This document shows, piece by piece, positions 13,528 to 22,197 of a DNA stretch of 37,897 bases. Numbering within the stretch: position 1 is the stretch's first letter; each line of letters opens with the position of its first letter. A program made the position numbers and the translations under genes. The notes under the pieces are model-generated. The model worked only from the letters and a program-made list of their open reading frames with translations. It did not search any database and was not told where the DNA came from. The DNA is from a virus, in IMG/VR virus record IMGVR_UViG_3300037261_000029, positions 1 to 37,897 of that record; one strand, written 5' to 3'.

Positions 13528-13775
13528 TTGAGAATTTAAAGGATCTGGAGCGATTCTTTAAGATCTGTCGGAAGCAGGGAGTGGTGAAGGCTGATCTAGC
13601 TAACCAGGCATTTGAGTTTGGGGATTTACCAGTCGAACTACCTGGATCTGCCGGACAGTTGGAATCAATCGACTCTTATGCCGGCTTCCCGACAGGTGAG
13701 TTAACACCAGAACAATTGATGTTTTACAGTTCGGGCGGTGTCCCAGCGGATGACCCTGAACTCAAAGTAGGCTAA
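13524..13775 (+). CDS. hypothetical protein
   Basis: ORF track; coupled. Confidence 0.5.
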   Translation: MIENLKDLERFFKICRKQGVVKADLANQAFEFGDLPVELPGSAGQLESIDSYAGFPTGELTPEQLMFYSSGGVPADDPELKVG

Positions 13776-13777
13776 TC

Positions 13778-15679
13778 ATGAAGATCAGCAAAGGTAAGCC
13801 AGCACAAGAAAAGATCGTGATGAAGACCAAATCTTCACGCGACATGAAGAGCGAGATTATCGAGTGGTGGACCTTTGACGATGATAAGAAGGTTGCTGAG
13901 GGTCTTTGCTCGACCGCTGCTTATCTGAAGACTAATCAGACATGGCGTATGAGACAGCTAGCGGTCGATGTGCGTATGTATGCTGGCTTATCAGTCTATA
14001 CCTACGCTGGGTCTAACGTATCCAAGATGGATCAGACGAAGACCTTGCCTGAGGATCGGCCTACCTTTAATCTCATCAGTTCCTGCACAGATACAATCGT
14101 GTCTCGCCTTCAACAAAGCCGTCCTGCTCCTAAGTTTCTGACTGATAATGGAGATTACAAGCAACGGCATCTCGCCGAACGCCTCAATAACTTCATCTTA
14201 GGTGAGTTCTATCAGGTGAAGGCTTATGAGAAGGCGACTCATATCCTGAGAGACTGCTGCGTCATGGGCACAGGCGCTCTGAAGGTTTATGAAGGGGATA
14301 ACAATAAGGTCGCTGTGGACCGAGTCATGGTGACTGACCTTTTAGTTGACATGAATGACGCCATCAATGGCGAGCCCCAACAGCTTTATCAGCTCAAGCT
14401 CATGAACCGGGCTAAGCTCATGGCTCAGAATCCCAAAGAAAAGAAGATCATTGAGAATGCCGAGAATGCCTACCCAGACAATAGTCCGGACAATGGTCGG
14501 ACAACAGCCGACCAAATCATGGTGGTTGAAGGTTGGAAACTACCTTCGATTGAAGGGGCTAAGGATGGTCGTCATACCCTTGCCTGTGTGAACGGTCTGA
14601 TCTTTGATGAACCTTGGGAGAAGGATTCCTTCCCTTTTGTATTCATGCGCTACTCGAATCCGTTTCTGGGTTTCTTTGGACAAGGCATCGCAACGAGGTT
14701 GTTTGGGACTCAGATGACTCTGAACCGTATTCTTTATACGATTGCCAGAGCCATTACCTTAGTCGGTGTGCCCCGAGTGTTTCAAGAGCAGAACTCCAAG
14801 GTTGTATCAGCTCATAACAACAATGAGATTGGTGTCATCGTTAAGTATTCGGGTGTGAAGCCATCCTATGAGGTTGCACCTTGCAATGCTCCTGAGCTCT
14901 ATGCTGAACGTGATAAGCTGATTCAATATGCCTTCCAGCAAGAAGGTATCTCAATGATGCAAGCAAGCTCTGAGAAGCCAGCAGGTTTGGATAGCGGCGA
15001 AGCTCAGCGGGTTTATGACGACATCGCATCCGATAGAATGGCTGAGACTGCTAAGAAATATGATCAAGTATTCATTGATCTGGCCTATAAGATCACAGAT
15101 TGCGCCATGGACATTGCAAAACGCGATGGCAAATATCAAACCATTTATCCGAATAAAGATGGCACCAAAGAGATTGATCTTCCGGCGATGAAGTTCCTAA
15201 AAGATCCATTCGTCATTCAGTGTTTCAATGAGAGTTCTTTGCCTAAAGATCCAGCCGGACGGGCTCAGGCGATTGTCGAACGTGTTCAATCAGGGATGCT
15301 GACGGTTAAAGAAGGTAGCCGTCTCTTGGGTAATCTTGACTCTGACCAGGTTGCAAAGCTTGATAACGCTTCTGAAGAACGCATCTACAAGTACCTCGAT
15401 GAGATTGTGGAAGACGGCAAGTATACTCCTCCTGATGCCTTTATGGATCTACAGTTGGCTCTTCAAAGGGTGGTTCAATATTATAATTTGTATGTGGCGG
15501 CAAAATTGGAAGAGAAGCGGGCACAGATGTTAAGAGACTTCTTCACACAGGTGAATGCTCTCATCCAAGCTGCAACCCCACCTCCAATGCCAGTTCCGGG
15601 CGCAGCGCCTACCGCTAACCCTATGCCGAATGCACAAAGTCCTATGGTCCCAAATACGAATGCAGGAGCAGCAGCGTAA
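13778..15679 (+). CDS. portal protein
   Basis: 633 aa. Position between the terminase and the scaffold/capsid genes. Pro/Ala-rich C-terminal tail. Confidence 0.8.
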   Translation: MKISKGKPAQEKIVMKTKSSRDMKSEIIEWWTFDDDKKVAEGLCSTAAYLKTNQTWRMRQLAVDVRMYAGLSVYTYAGSNVSKMDQTKTLPEDRPTFNLISSCTDTIVSRLQQSRPAPKFLTDNGDYKQRHLAERLNNFILGEFYQVKAYEKATHILRDCCVMGTGALKVYEGDNNKVAVDRVMVTDLLVDMNDAINGEPQQLYQLKLMNRAKLMAQNPKEKKIIENAENAYPDNSPDNGRTTADQIMVVEGWKLPSIEGAKDGRHTLACVNGLIFDEPWEKDSFPFVFMRYSNPFLGFFGQGIATRLFGTQMTLNRILYTIARAITLVGVPRVFQEQNSKVVSAHNNNEIGVIVKYSGVKPSYEVAPCNAPELYAERDKLIQYAFQQEGISMMQASSEKPAGLDSGEAQRVYDDIASDRMAETAKKYDQVFIDLAYKITDCAMDIAKRDGKYQTIYPNKDGTKEIDLPAMKFLKDPFVIQCFNESSLPKDPAGRAQAIVERVQSGMLTVKEGSRLLGNLDSDQVAKLDNASEERIYKYLDEIVEDGKYTPPDAFMDLQLALQRVVQYYNLYVAAKLEEKRAQMLRDFFTQVNALIQAATPPPMPVPGAAPTANPMPNAQSPMVPNTNAGAAA

Positions 15680-16111
15680 ATGAGCAATGTCAGTCTATTT
15701 GAAAATGATGTCATCCCGATTGTCCAAGAGAAAAAGAAGTATCAGAACTTCACCGTCAGAGAGATTGGTGGACCTGCTGAGATCATTGTCTGGCGTGCTG
15801 AACAGGCTAGAAAAGAACTAGCCAACCAAGCATTTAGAATGCAGGTCGTGGAAGCTCAGAAGACGAAGATGATTGACCCCACTCTTGAAGATAAGGGAGT
15901 TACCTGGAAGGGTTCAGCAGGGACGCAGCCTCGTATGGGTTCATGGGCTGATAAGCTTGCTGAAGGTAAAGAGATGCGTAAGGACTATATGAAGCCTGAG
16001 CTCCTCACCAAGGAAGCATGGACTTATGAGCCCTATGTAGAGCCTAAGAAAACATTCTTTCAACGAATCAAGGGGGCTATTAGAGCCTTTTGGGATTCTG
16101 CCAAGTTCTAA
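15680..16111 (+). CDS. hypothetical head-module protein
   Basis: ORF track. Confidence 0.5.
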   Translation: MSNVSLFENDVIPIVQEKKKYQNFTVREIGGPAEIIVWRAEQARKELANQAFRMQVVEAQKTKMIDPTLEDKGVTWKGSAGTQPRMGSWADKLAEGKEMRKDYMKPELLTKEAWTYEPYVEPKKTFFQRIKGAIRAFWDSAKF

Positions 16112-16132
16112 TCACAAACCAAGGAGCAAATC

Positions 16133-17149
16133 ATGAAAGTATCCCCTATCGCTGCGTCCGGTGCAGCTACTGTAGCCAATTCTGATGTCGGTCACTCAGC
16201 AGGAGCTGAAAGAAGAGAAAGAGCTGTTGCTGTCATTGAAGGACGTGCGCCAGAAGCCCAGACGGCGTCAGCCCCAGTTGACCCACAGGTTCAGCAGGTC
16301 CAAAACAGTATCAAAAAGATCAAGATGCGTACTCAGCAGAGCACGAATAGACACGAAGCTCCTGTAGAAAACGTTGAAGTCACACCTGAGAGCACCGTTT
16401 TGGCATCTACTGAACAGGCACCAGCCGTTGCAGAAGCTACTCAGCCGCTGAGCCCTCAGTTCGCCGCTTTAGCGAAGGCTAAACGGTCCCTCCAAGCTAA
16501 AGAGAGGGAGATTGCAGCCCGTGAAGCTGCTTTGAGTGCTCCTGCTGACACGACGTCAGTGGTGAGAAGTAAAGAGCAGATCCAGGCCGATCTACTGAGT
16601 GACTTGCGAGAAGGTCGCGTATCTTATGACGATCTCACGCAAGCAATCATGTCTCAAGACGGTGGAAACTCTGGAATCGCTGAACTGCGAGCGGAGATTA
16701 AGGCCCTTAAAGAAGGTTTTGATCAAAACTTAAGTCAACGCGACCAGGTTGCTGAACAACAGGTTCTGACTCAGATCAGAAGTGAAGTTGATCAGATGGT
16801 TGCCAACGGCGATGAGTATGAAGCAGTTAGACAAGCAGGTTATCAGCCCAAAGTGGTTGAACTGATTCACAAGGTCTTTAAAAAAGAAGGCGTGATCATG
16901 GATTCCGCTGAAGCTGCCGCTCTCATTGAGAATGAGCTCATTGAACAAGCGATGCCTTATGTCCAACTCAAGAAGGTTCAAAGTAGGCTCACTCCTGCTG
17001 AAGCAGCACAGCAGCAACAACCCGCTAAGCAAAGCGGACCCAATACAAAGATTATGCGTACACTCACTAACCGAGACGGCACTTCGTCCATTTCCATGAG
17101 CAAGCGCGACCGCGCTATTGCGGCAATGGAGGGCCGCCTCAAACGATAA
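16133..17149 (+). CDS. scaffolding protein
   Basis: A/E/Q-rich helical protein immediately upstream of the capsid gene. Confidence 0.6.
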   Translation: MKVSPIAASGAATVANSDVGHSAGAERRERAVAVIEGRAPEAQTASAPVDPQVQQVQNSIKKIKMRTQQSTNRHEAPVENVEVTPESTVLASTEQAPAVAEATQPLSPQFAALAKAKRSLQAKEREIAAREAALSAPADTTSVVRSKEQIQADLLSDLREGRVSYDDLTQAIMSQDGGNSGIAELRAEIKALKEGFDQNLSQRDQVAEQQVLTQIRSEVDQMVANGDEYEAVRQAGYQPKVVELIHKVFKKEGVIMDSAEAAALIENELIEQAMPYVQLKKVQSRLTPAEAAQQQQPAKQSGPNTKIMRTLTNRDGTSSISMSKRDRAIAAMEGRLKR

Positions 17150-17161
17150 GGATGAATAATC

Positions 17162-18469
17162 ATGGCAATTGCGCCACAATACGCCAACAGCACGAATCAA
17201 ATCGCGGCGTTGAAAGAGCTGTATGTAGACGATAAAGACTATATGAAGAACATTGTCTATGCCAAGAACCCTTGGCTAGCGATGATCCCCAAGAACGAAA
17301 GCCCAGATGGCTTTGCCGGTAAGTACATTCCGGTTCCTTTGGAATACGGTAACCCTCAAGGTCGCGCACACGTATTTGCGAATGCTCAGAATCAACAGAC
17401 TGCTTCTGACGTAGTTTCGTACTTCGTGTATGCGATTCAGGATTATCAGCTTGTTACTATTACTAACCTCTTGATGGAACAGACTAAGTCCAATGCTGGA
17501 GCCTTCGTTGATGAAGCTTCCCGCACGATGGACAATGGTTTCCGCAACATCTCCAACAACATGGCTTTTGAGTTGTTTGCAGGTGGTACGGCTTCCCGTG
17601 GTCAGATCAGCGCTGCTGGTGTGGTCAACGTCGGTGGTAACCTCCAATTCACTTTGGCCAACAGCCAGTCTGTTGTTCAATTTGAAGTTGGGATGACCCT
17701 CCAGGCTTCAGTAGCAGATGGTGGTGCAGCTCTTCAAAACGTACCTGGTACGATTGACGCTATTCAGATCATCTCTGTGAATCGTGGAACGGGCGTTATC
17801 TTGGGCGCTGTTGTCCAAGGTGCTCCTCTCACTTCTTGGGGCGCTAATGACTTCGTTCAGGTCTTAGGCGATATCGGTATCGGTGGTTCTACTACCATTG
17901 CCGGTATGCTGGGCTTGTCTGGGATGTCTGCATGGGTTCCTCCAGTGGATCCCCCTGCAAATGATAACTTCTGGGGTGTGAATCGTTCGGCTGATCCAAC
18001 TCGTTTGGCTGGCCTTCGTTTCAATGCTCTTGCGATGACGATTGCAGAAGGCATTACAAATGCTTTGGCATTCGGAAACCGCGAAGGCGCATCCTTTGAC
18101 TTGATCATCATCGATTTCGTCAGCTACTCAAGCCTGATCAATGAACTTGGAGCAAAGGTTCAGTACGTGCAGCTTGAGCATGATGAAGTGGAAGTTGCTT
18201 TTGAAGCGATTCACTTTCATTCGGCTTACGGAAAGATTCCAGTATTGGCTGACCGTTCTTGCCAGCCTCAGACTGCATGGTGCCTGACTACAGATACGTG
18301 GAAGCTACGTACCCTTGGAAAAGCTCCTCACATCTTGACCTACGGGATGGAAGGTTTGGAAGGATTGAGAGTGGGTAACGCAGATGCTCTTGAGATCCGA
18401 ATTGCTTATTACGGAAACGTAATAAATTCAGCGCCCGGTTATAATATGCAAGTACAATTAAGTGCTTAG
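17162..18469 (+). CDS. major capsid protein
   Basis: 435 aa, follows the scaffold gene, strong SD, followed by the best intrinsic terminator in the window. Confidence 0.8.
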   Translation: MAIAPQYANSTNQIAALKELYVDDKDYMKNIVYAKNPWLAMIPKNESPDGFAGKYIPVPLEYGNPQGRAHVFANAQNQQTASDVVSYFVYAIQDYQLVTITNLLMEQTKSNAGAFVDEASRTMDNGFRNISNNMAFELFAGGTASRGQISAAGVVNVGGNLQFTLANSQSVVQFEVGMTLQASVADGGAALQNVPGTIDAIQIISVNRGTGVILGAVVQGAPLTSWGANDFVQVLGDIGIGGSTTIAGMLGLSGMSAWVPPVDPPANDNFWGVNRSADPTRLAGLRFNALAMTIAEGITNALAFGNREGASFDLIIIDFVSYSSLINELGAKVQYVQLEHDEVEVAFEAIHFHSAYGKIPVLADRSCQPQTAWCLTTDTWKLRTLGKAPHILTYGMEGLEGLRVGNADALEIRIAYYGNVINSAPGYNMQVQLSA

Positions 18470-18520
18470 ACCACTTTCTTAAAGTTATCCATGAGGGCTA
18501 ACGCCTGACATGATATGAAG

Positions 18521-18552
18521 AAGCCCTGCTCTGCTCCGAGTGGGGCTTTTTT
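18521..18552 (+). terminator. intrinsic terminator after the capsid gene
   Basis: AAGCCCTGCTC-TGCTCC-GAGTGGGGCTT followed by TTTTTTATTT. Confidence 0.7.
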
Positions 18553-18579
18553 ATTTGACCTACGTCATTTCTGACACAG

Positions 18580-18608
18580 TTGACCACTCTAACAATGTGC
18601 GTTAATCT
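18580..18608 (+). promoter_or_regulatory. sigma70-like promoter TTGACC-N17-TAATCT
   Basis: Read directly: -35 at 18580-18585, -10 at 18603-18608. About 70 nt upstream of the ATG at 18680. Confidence 0.4.
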
Positions 18609-18679
18609 TTATCTATGTCTACATTCATAACAATCTTGATTGTCACATATTTAATTGTGTCTGAACCCAAGGAGCGGTC

Positions 18680-19051
18680 ATGAAATCACTTATATTGCTT
18701 ATTGCACTTACTTTTTCTAGCGTTGCTCAAGCGACAAGTTCTGAATGGTTCTGTACGACTCAGACTTCACAACGACGTGGTGATATCATCATGACTTGTG
18801 GCCATGGCACGGATGAGGAATCAGCCTTTAATGCTGCTGTAGCCGAGTACCACCGGATCTGTGACATTTCAGTGGACTGTCGCAATCATGAAGTTTTCAT
18901 TATTCCTCAACGCACCCAGTGCAGTCGTAAATACGGTTACTGTATCCGTTCTGTAGCCTTTAAGATTGAAGATCAAATGGTTGATCAGGCTAAGGAAGCG
19001 GATGATGCAGTGAAAAATGCATTTGCTGCAGAAATGCGCGCTTATAGATAA
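18680..19051 (+). CDS. secreted Cys-rich protein (Sec signal peptide, AQA cleavage motif)
   Basis: MKSLILLIALTFSSVAQA|TSS; 7 Cys in the mature part; GGAG SD. Confidence 0.6.
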   Translation: MKSLILLIALTFSSVAQATSSEWFCTTQTSQRRGDIIMTCGHGTDEESAFNAAVAEYHRICDISVDCRNHEVFIIPQRTQCSRKYGYCIRSVAFKIEDQMVDQAKEADDAVKNAFAAEMRAYR

Positions 19052-19060
19052 ATCCTGATA

Positions 19061-19076
19061 GCATCCTTTTGGCATC
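19061..19076 (+). promoter_or_regulatory. conserved late-region motif GCATCCTTTTGGCATC (copy 2)
   Basis: Exact 16-mer repeat of 11673-11688, followed by CT-ATTGAGGAATAC. Confidence 0.45.
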
Positions 19077-19162
19077 CTATTGAGGAATACATTCGTATTC
19101 GTACTGCATGGGATGGTTGCTAGTGCCCCCATGAGAGCAATCACTAGGTCGAAGGATGCATC

Positions 19163-20476
19163 ATGGCAATCGTACGCGGCTACCCCAATGCGGGGCATTT
19201 CTACTCCAATATCGTCAGTCCAGTCAAAGTTGATATCAAATTTATTGTAGATTCTAGCAATCCTCTTGGGATTCGATCTTTGAAGAGCAATGGATTTCTT
19301 AAAAGCCTTCAAATGAATGGCGTTGTTGTCCCCCCAGGCACTCCTGCTTTTGGAACCGCTAGAAGCTTTGGCCTTTTAGGAGGCTCTGCTGTTAGCAATA
19401 CAGGATCAAGCGTTATCAATGGCAACATTGGGGTTTATCCAGGCAGTGCGATTACAGGATTCCCGCCTGGTGTATTCACAGGTTCAGAGCATATTACGGA
19501 TGCAGCTGCACAAGCTGCTCAAGCCTCTGCACAAGCTGCTTATACCGATCTTCAAGCACGCTCTTCGACTGTCATTGCAACAGAACTCGGTGGACAATCC
19601 CTAGGACCAGGAGTTTATAGCTCCGCAGGTGGTACTTTCCAGATCACAGGCGGTATGACTCTCACTCTGACTGGTTCTGCAACGGACATTTTCGTTTTTA
19701 AAACTGCAACAACCCTCATCACGGGTGTTGGCGCAGGTGGACAGCCGGTGATTCTATTGGCGGGTGGGGCTAAGGCTTCTAACGTCTATTGGGCAGTCGG
19801 TAGTTCGGCGACAATCAATAGTGCTGCTTCCAGCGCTGGTGCTACCTTCCAAGGTAACGTCATTGCTCAGGCGAGTGTCACGGCTACACAAACCGGTATT
19901 ATCAATGGTAGTTTGGTTGCTCTCACAGGTGCAGTTACCTTAAGTGCGGCTAACGTGGTTAATGCGCAACCACTTTCATCTTCGATGGTGGGAAGTCCAC
20001 TTCCTGGTTATGCTCTGATGCAGTTCAACAACAATTTCAATAAGTATTTGGGTGGATTTGTTGAGTTTGAGGCTCCTTTGGATGGTTCTAATGTCGCGGT
20101 AAGTGGGACTAGCCTAGTTCTAGGCCAGGCTTATGTAATCAGCGTTGTTGGGACATCGACTCTTGCTGACTGGCAAGCGGTTGGATTACCTAAGGGGTTG
20201 ACTCCTGCTGTTGGGCAGAGCTTTATCGCAATTAAATCAGGTAATGGAGCTGGTTCAGGCCAAGTCCAAAAACCTGCGGTTGCCGGTGTGAATTCGGTTG
20301 AAGTGGTCGGTGATCCAGATCTTGAAATTGCTAATTCTAGCATTGCTCAAAATGGTGGAGCTGTTCTCTTGCTTCAATTCTTACTGCAAGAAGTATTGAC
20401 TGCCCCTGTTGATGGCACGGTTGTCTGGTTCAGCGCCTTCTTTGACAATTCGAGCGTCACGGTGGATGGCTTATAA
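19163..20476 (+). CDS. virion-module protein with a central DUF3494 (ice-binding-like) beta-solenoid domain
   Basis: aa 62-268: FGLLGGSAVSNTGSSVINGNIGVYPGSAITGFPPG..AAQAAYTDL..LGGQSLGPGVY..LTLTGSATDIFVFK..GGAKASNVYWAVGSSATI..FQGNVIAQASVT..INGSLVALTGAVTL. Confidence 0.85.
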   Translation: MAIVRGYPNAGHFYSNIVSPVKVDIKFIVDSSNPLGIRSLKSNGFLKSLQMNGVVVPPGTPAFGTARSFGLLGGSAVSNTGSSVINGNIGVYPGSAITGFPPGVFTGSEHITDAAAQAAQASAQAAYTDLQARSSTVIATELGGQSLGPGVYSSAGGTFQITGGMTLTLTGSATDIFVFKTATTLITGVGAGGQPVILLAGGAKASNVYWAVGSSATINSAASSAGATFQGNVIAQASVTATQTGIINGSLVALTGAVTLSAANVVNAQPLSSSMVGSPLPGYALMQFNNNFNKYLGGFVEFEAPLDGSNVAVSGTSLVLGQAYVISVVGTSTLADWQAVGLPKGLTPAVGQSFIAIKSGNGAGSGQVQKPAVAGVNSVEVVGDPDLEIANSSIAQNGGAVLLLQFLLQEVLTAPVDGTVVWFSAFFDNSSVTVDGL

Positions 20477-20483
20477 AAAAAGT

Positions 20484-20513
20484 GGGCTGGTCCAAGGATG
20501 GGCCAGCCCTTTA
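20484..20513 (+). terminator. hairpin terminator GGGCTGGTCC-AAGGAT-GGGCCAGCCC with a short T tract
   Basis: 10-bp stem (one G-U), flanked by an A-run upstream and TTTA downstream. Confidence 0.5.
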
Positions 20514-20530
20514 TGTTATAAAGATAAAAC

Positions 20531-20602
20531 ATGAAAACTTGTCCAAAGTGCAAAACACAAAAGAATTTGAATGAGTTTAATGAACTGCTCCAAAGGGAAT
20601 AG
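20531..20602 (+). pseudogene. 23-codon ORF resembling the N-terminus of an HNH/AP2-type homing endonuclease
   Basis: MKTCPKCKTQKNLNEFNELLQRE* (C-x-K-C-x3-K-x-L-x-E-F start typical of such genes). Confidence 0.2.
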
Positions 20603-20611
20603 GGTTTAAAT

Positions 20612-21682
20612 ATGCCAGTTCCTTCTCAAGTTAGAGATCTTGATGCCCAGCAAACGGATGGAAACATCCTACTGACCTGGACAGCAGTAGTCGGTGCTAC
20701 GTCTTATCAAGTCCAAAGATCAACGGACGGGGTGAACTTCGTTAATCTAGCTTTAGTGCCTACGGTCAATCAGTACGTGGACCCTTTGCCAGGCATTGGG
20801 ATCATGTACTATTACCAGGTCGCGGGCGTTAATGGATCGGGTACGGGCACCTATTCTCTCATCGTTCAGATGGTCGCAGCACCGCCTGGTGAGATGTCTC
20901 TTTTTGAGCTCAGATTCAGAGCACAACAGACCGCTGACCGGGTTAATTCCAACTTCGTAATCACAAGCGAATGGAATTACATGGCTAGGCTATCGCTCTA
21001 TGAACTCTATGATTTGTTGATTGGAACTTATGAAAGATTCAATACGGCACCGCAAGTCTTCATCAACACATCGATTCAGATCTCTACTACGGGGCAGATC
21101 CAGCAATATGCCCTCCCTGATGGCGCGACTAATTATTTTGGTGGGGTACTCGGCGGGTTGGTCGGTGCACCGTCTCCTGCGTTTTATAAACTCACGGGTG
21201 TAGATCTGGGAGTCAATACAGCCAACAACGCTTGGGTGACTTTGCATCGGTTCAATTGGATTGACCGCAATAACTACGTTTATCCTAACTCAACTTCAAC
21301 CATCTATGGCGTCTACAACATGCGCTATAACGTGCTCAATAATAACTTAGTCATCATCCCTAATCCAGCCGGTAATCAACAGATTCGGTTGACCTACTCT
21401 CCAAGGCTGAAGGGATTGCTCTTAGACAGTGATCTCACAGATATCGGTTGGTCGGGTTGGCTCAGATACGCGATTGTGAGAATGGCTAAGTACGCGCTTG
21501 AGAAAGAAGAAGGCTGTGACACTAGCCGGATGGACGCTGAGCTTTTATTCTTAAAGACCCGTATTGAACAGATGGCGTCTAATCGCGATGAGGGACAGGC
21601 TGATACAATTTCCAATACTCGCAGAGATAGCATGTACGGCGGAACTGGCTTTGGTGACGGCGGCGCTTGGGGTGGATACTAA
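20612..21682 (+). CDS. FN3-domain virion protein (adaptor or tail component by position)
   Basis: VRDLDAQQTDGNILLTWTAVVGATSYQVQRSTDG..YYYQVAGVNGSGTG is a fibronectin type III signature. Confidence 0.6.
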   Translation: MPVPSQVRDLDAQQTDGNILLTWTAVVGATSYQVQRSTDGVNFVNLALVPTVNQYVDPLPGIGIMYYYQVAGVNGSGTGTYSLIVQMVAAPPGEMSLFELRFRAQQTADRVNSNFVITSEWNYMARLSLYELYDLLIGTYERFNTAPQVFINTSIQISTTGQIQQYALPDGATNYFGGVLGGLVGAPSPAFYKLTGVDLGVNTANNAWVTLHRFNWIDRNNYVYPNSTSTIYGVYNMRYNVLNNNLVIIPNPAGNQQIRLTYSPRLKGLLLDSDLTDIGWSGWLRYAIVRMAKYALEKEEGCDTSRMDAELLFLKTRIEQMASNRDEGQADTISNTRRDSMYGGTGFGDGGAWGGY

Positions 21683-22197
21683 TGGGACTCAGCCCAATGA
21701 AGGCCATTCAAGGGCTTGAGTATAAACTTTCCCAGGTTCAAGGAAATGCTAAATCGATCATCGATGCGACCACTTCAGCACTCAGTGGATCTTTGCCTCT
21801 CACGCTCTCAGGAGCGGCGCTGATATGGGTGGATTACGTCCCCACCTTCACTAATTTAGGAATCGTGACTCCCATCCTAGCGGCGTTCTCGATCATGGGT
21901 AAAACTTGCTTCATCAATACGCGGTTTCAGATGGGTACGGGATTGGCTGACATTGCTACCGTTTCAATGCCGATTGGGATTGTGATTGATCAGACTAAGA
22001 TTGGGTTTATTGCAGGACGCACAATTACGAATGATACGGGCGCTGGATTAGTGAATCTGAATACTCTTGTTCAGACCAAGAGCACTTTTTCATTCGCTAA
22101 TGACAATGGTACAGCTAACCCTTTCTTAGCTCTGAACGGTTCTAGTTTTACAGCCAATACCATCTTTGAAATGATAGCTGAGGTACCCTTCTTATGA
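21682..22197 (+). CDS. hypothetical virion protein (start at the TAATG-coupled ATG 21682)
   Basis: ORF track 21667..22197. Confidence 0.5.
   Translation: MGLSPMKAIQGLEYKLSQVQGNAKSIIDATTSALSGSLPLTLSGAALIWVDYVPTFTNLGIVTPILAAFSIMGKTCFINTRFQMGTGLADIATVSMPIGIVIDQTKIGFIAGRTITNDTGAGLVNLNTLVQTKSTFSFANDNGTANPFLALNGSSFTANTIFEMIAEVPFL

Noticed and set aside
16730-17200. 156-aa antisense ORF, with similar antisense ORFs at 31659-32123, 18869-19312, 4487-4867 and 29831-30151
   Set aside because: All lie antisense to long, well-supported structural or early genes, with biased-composition translations. They are typical stop-poor antisense frames.
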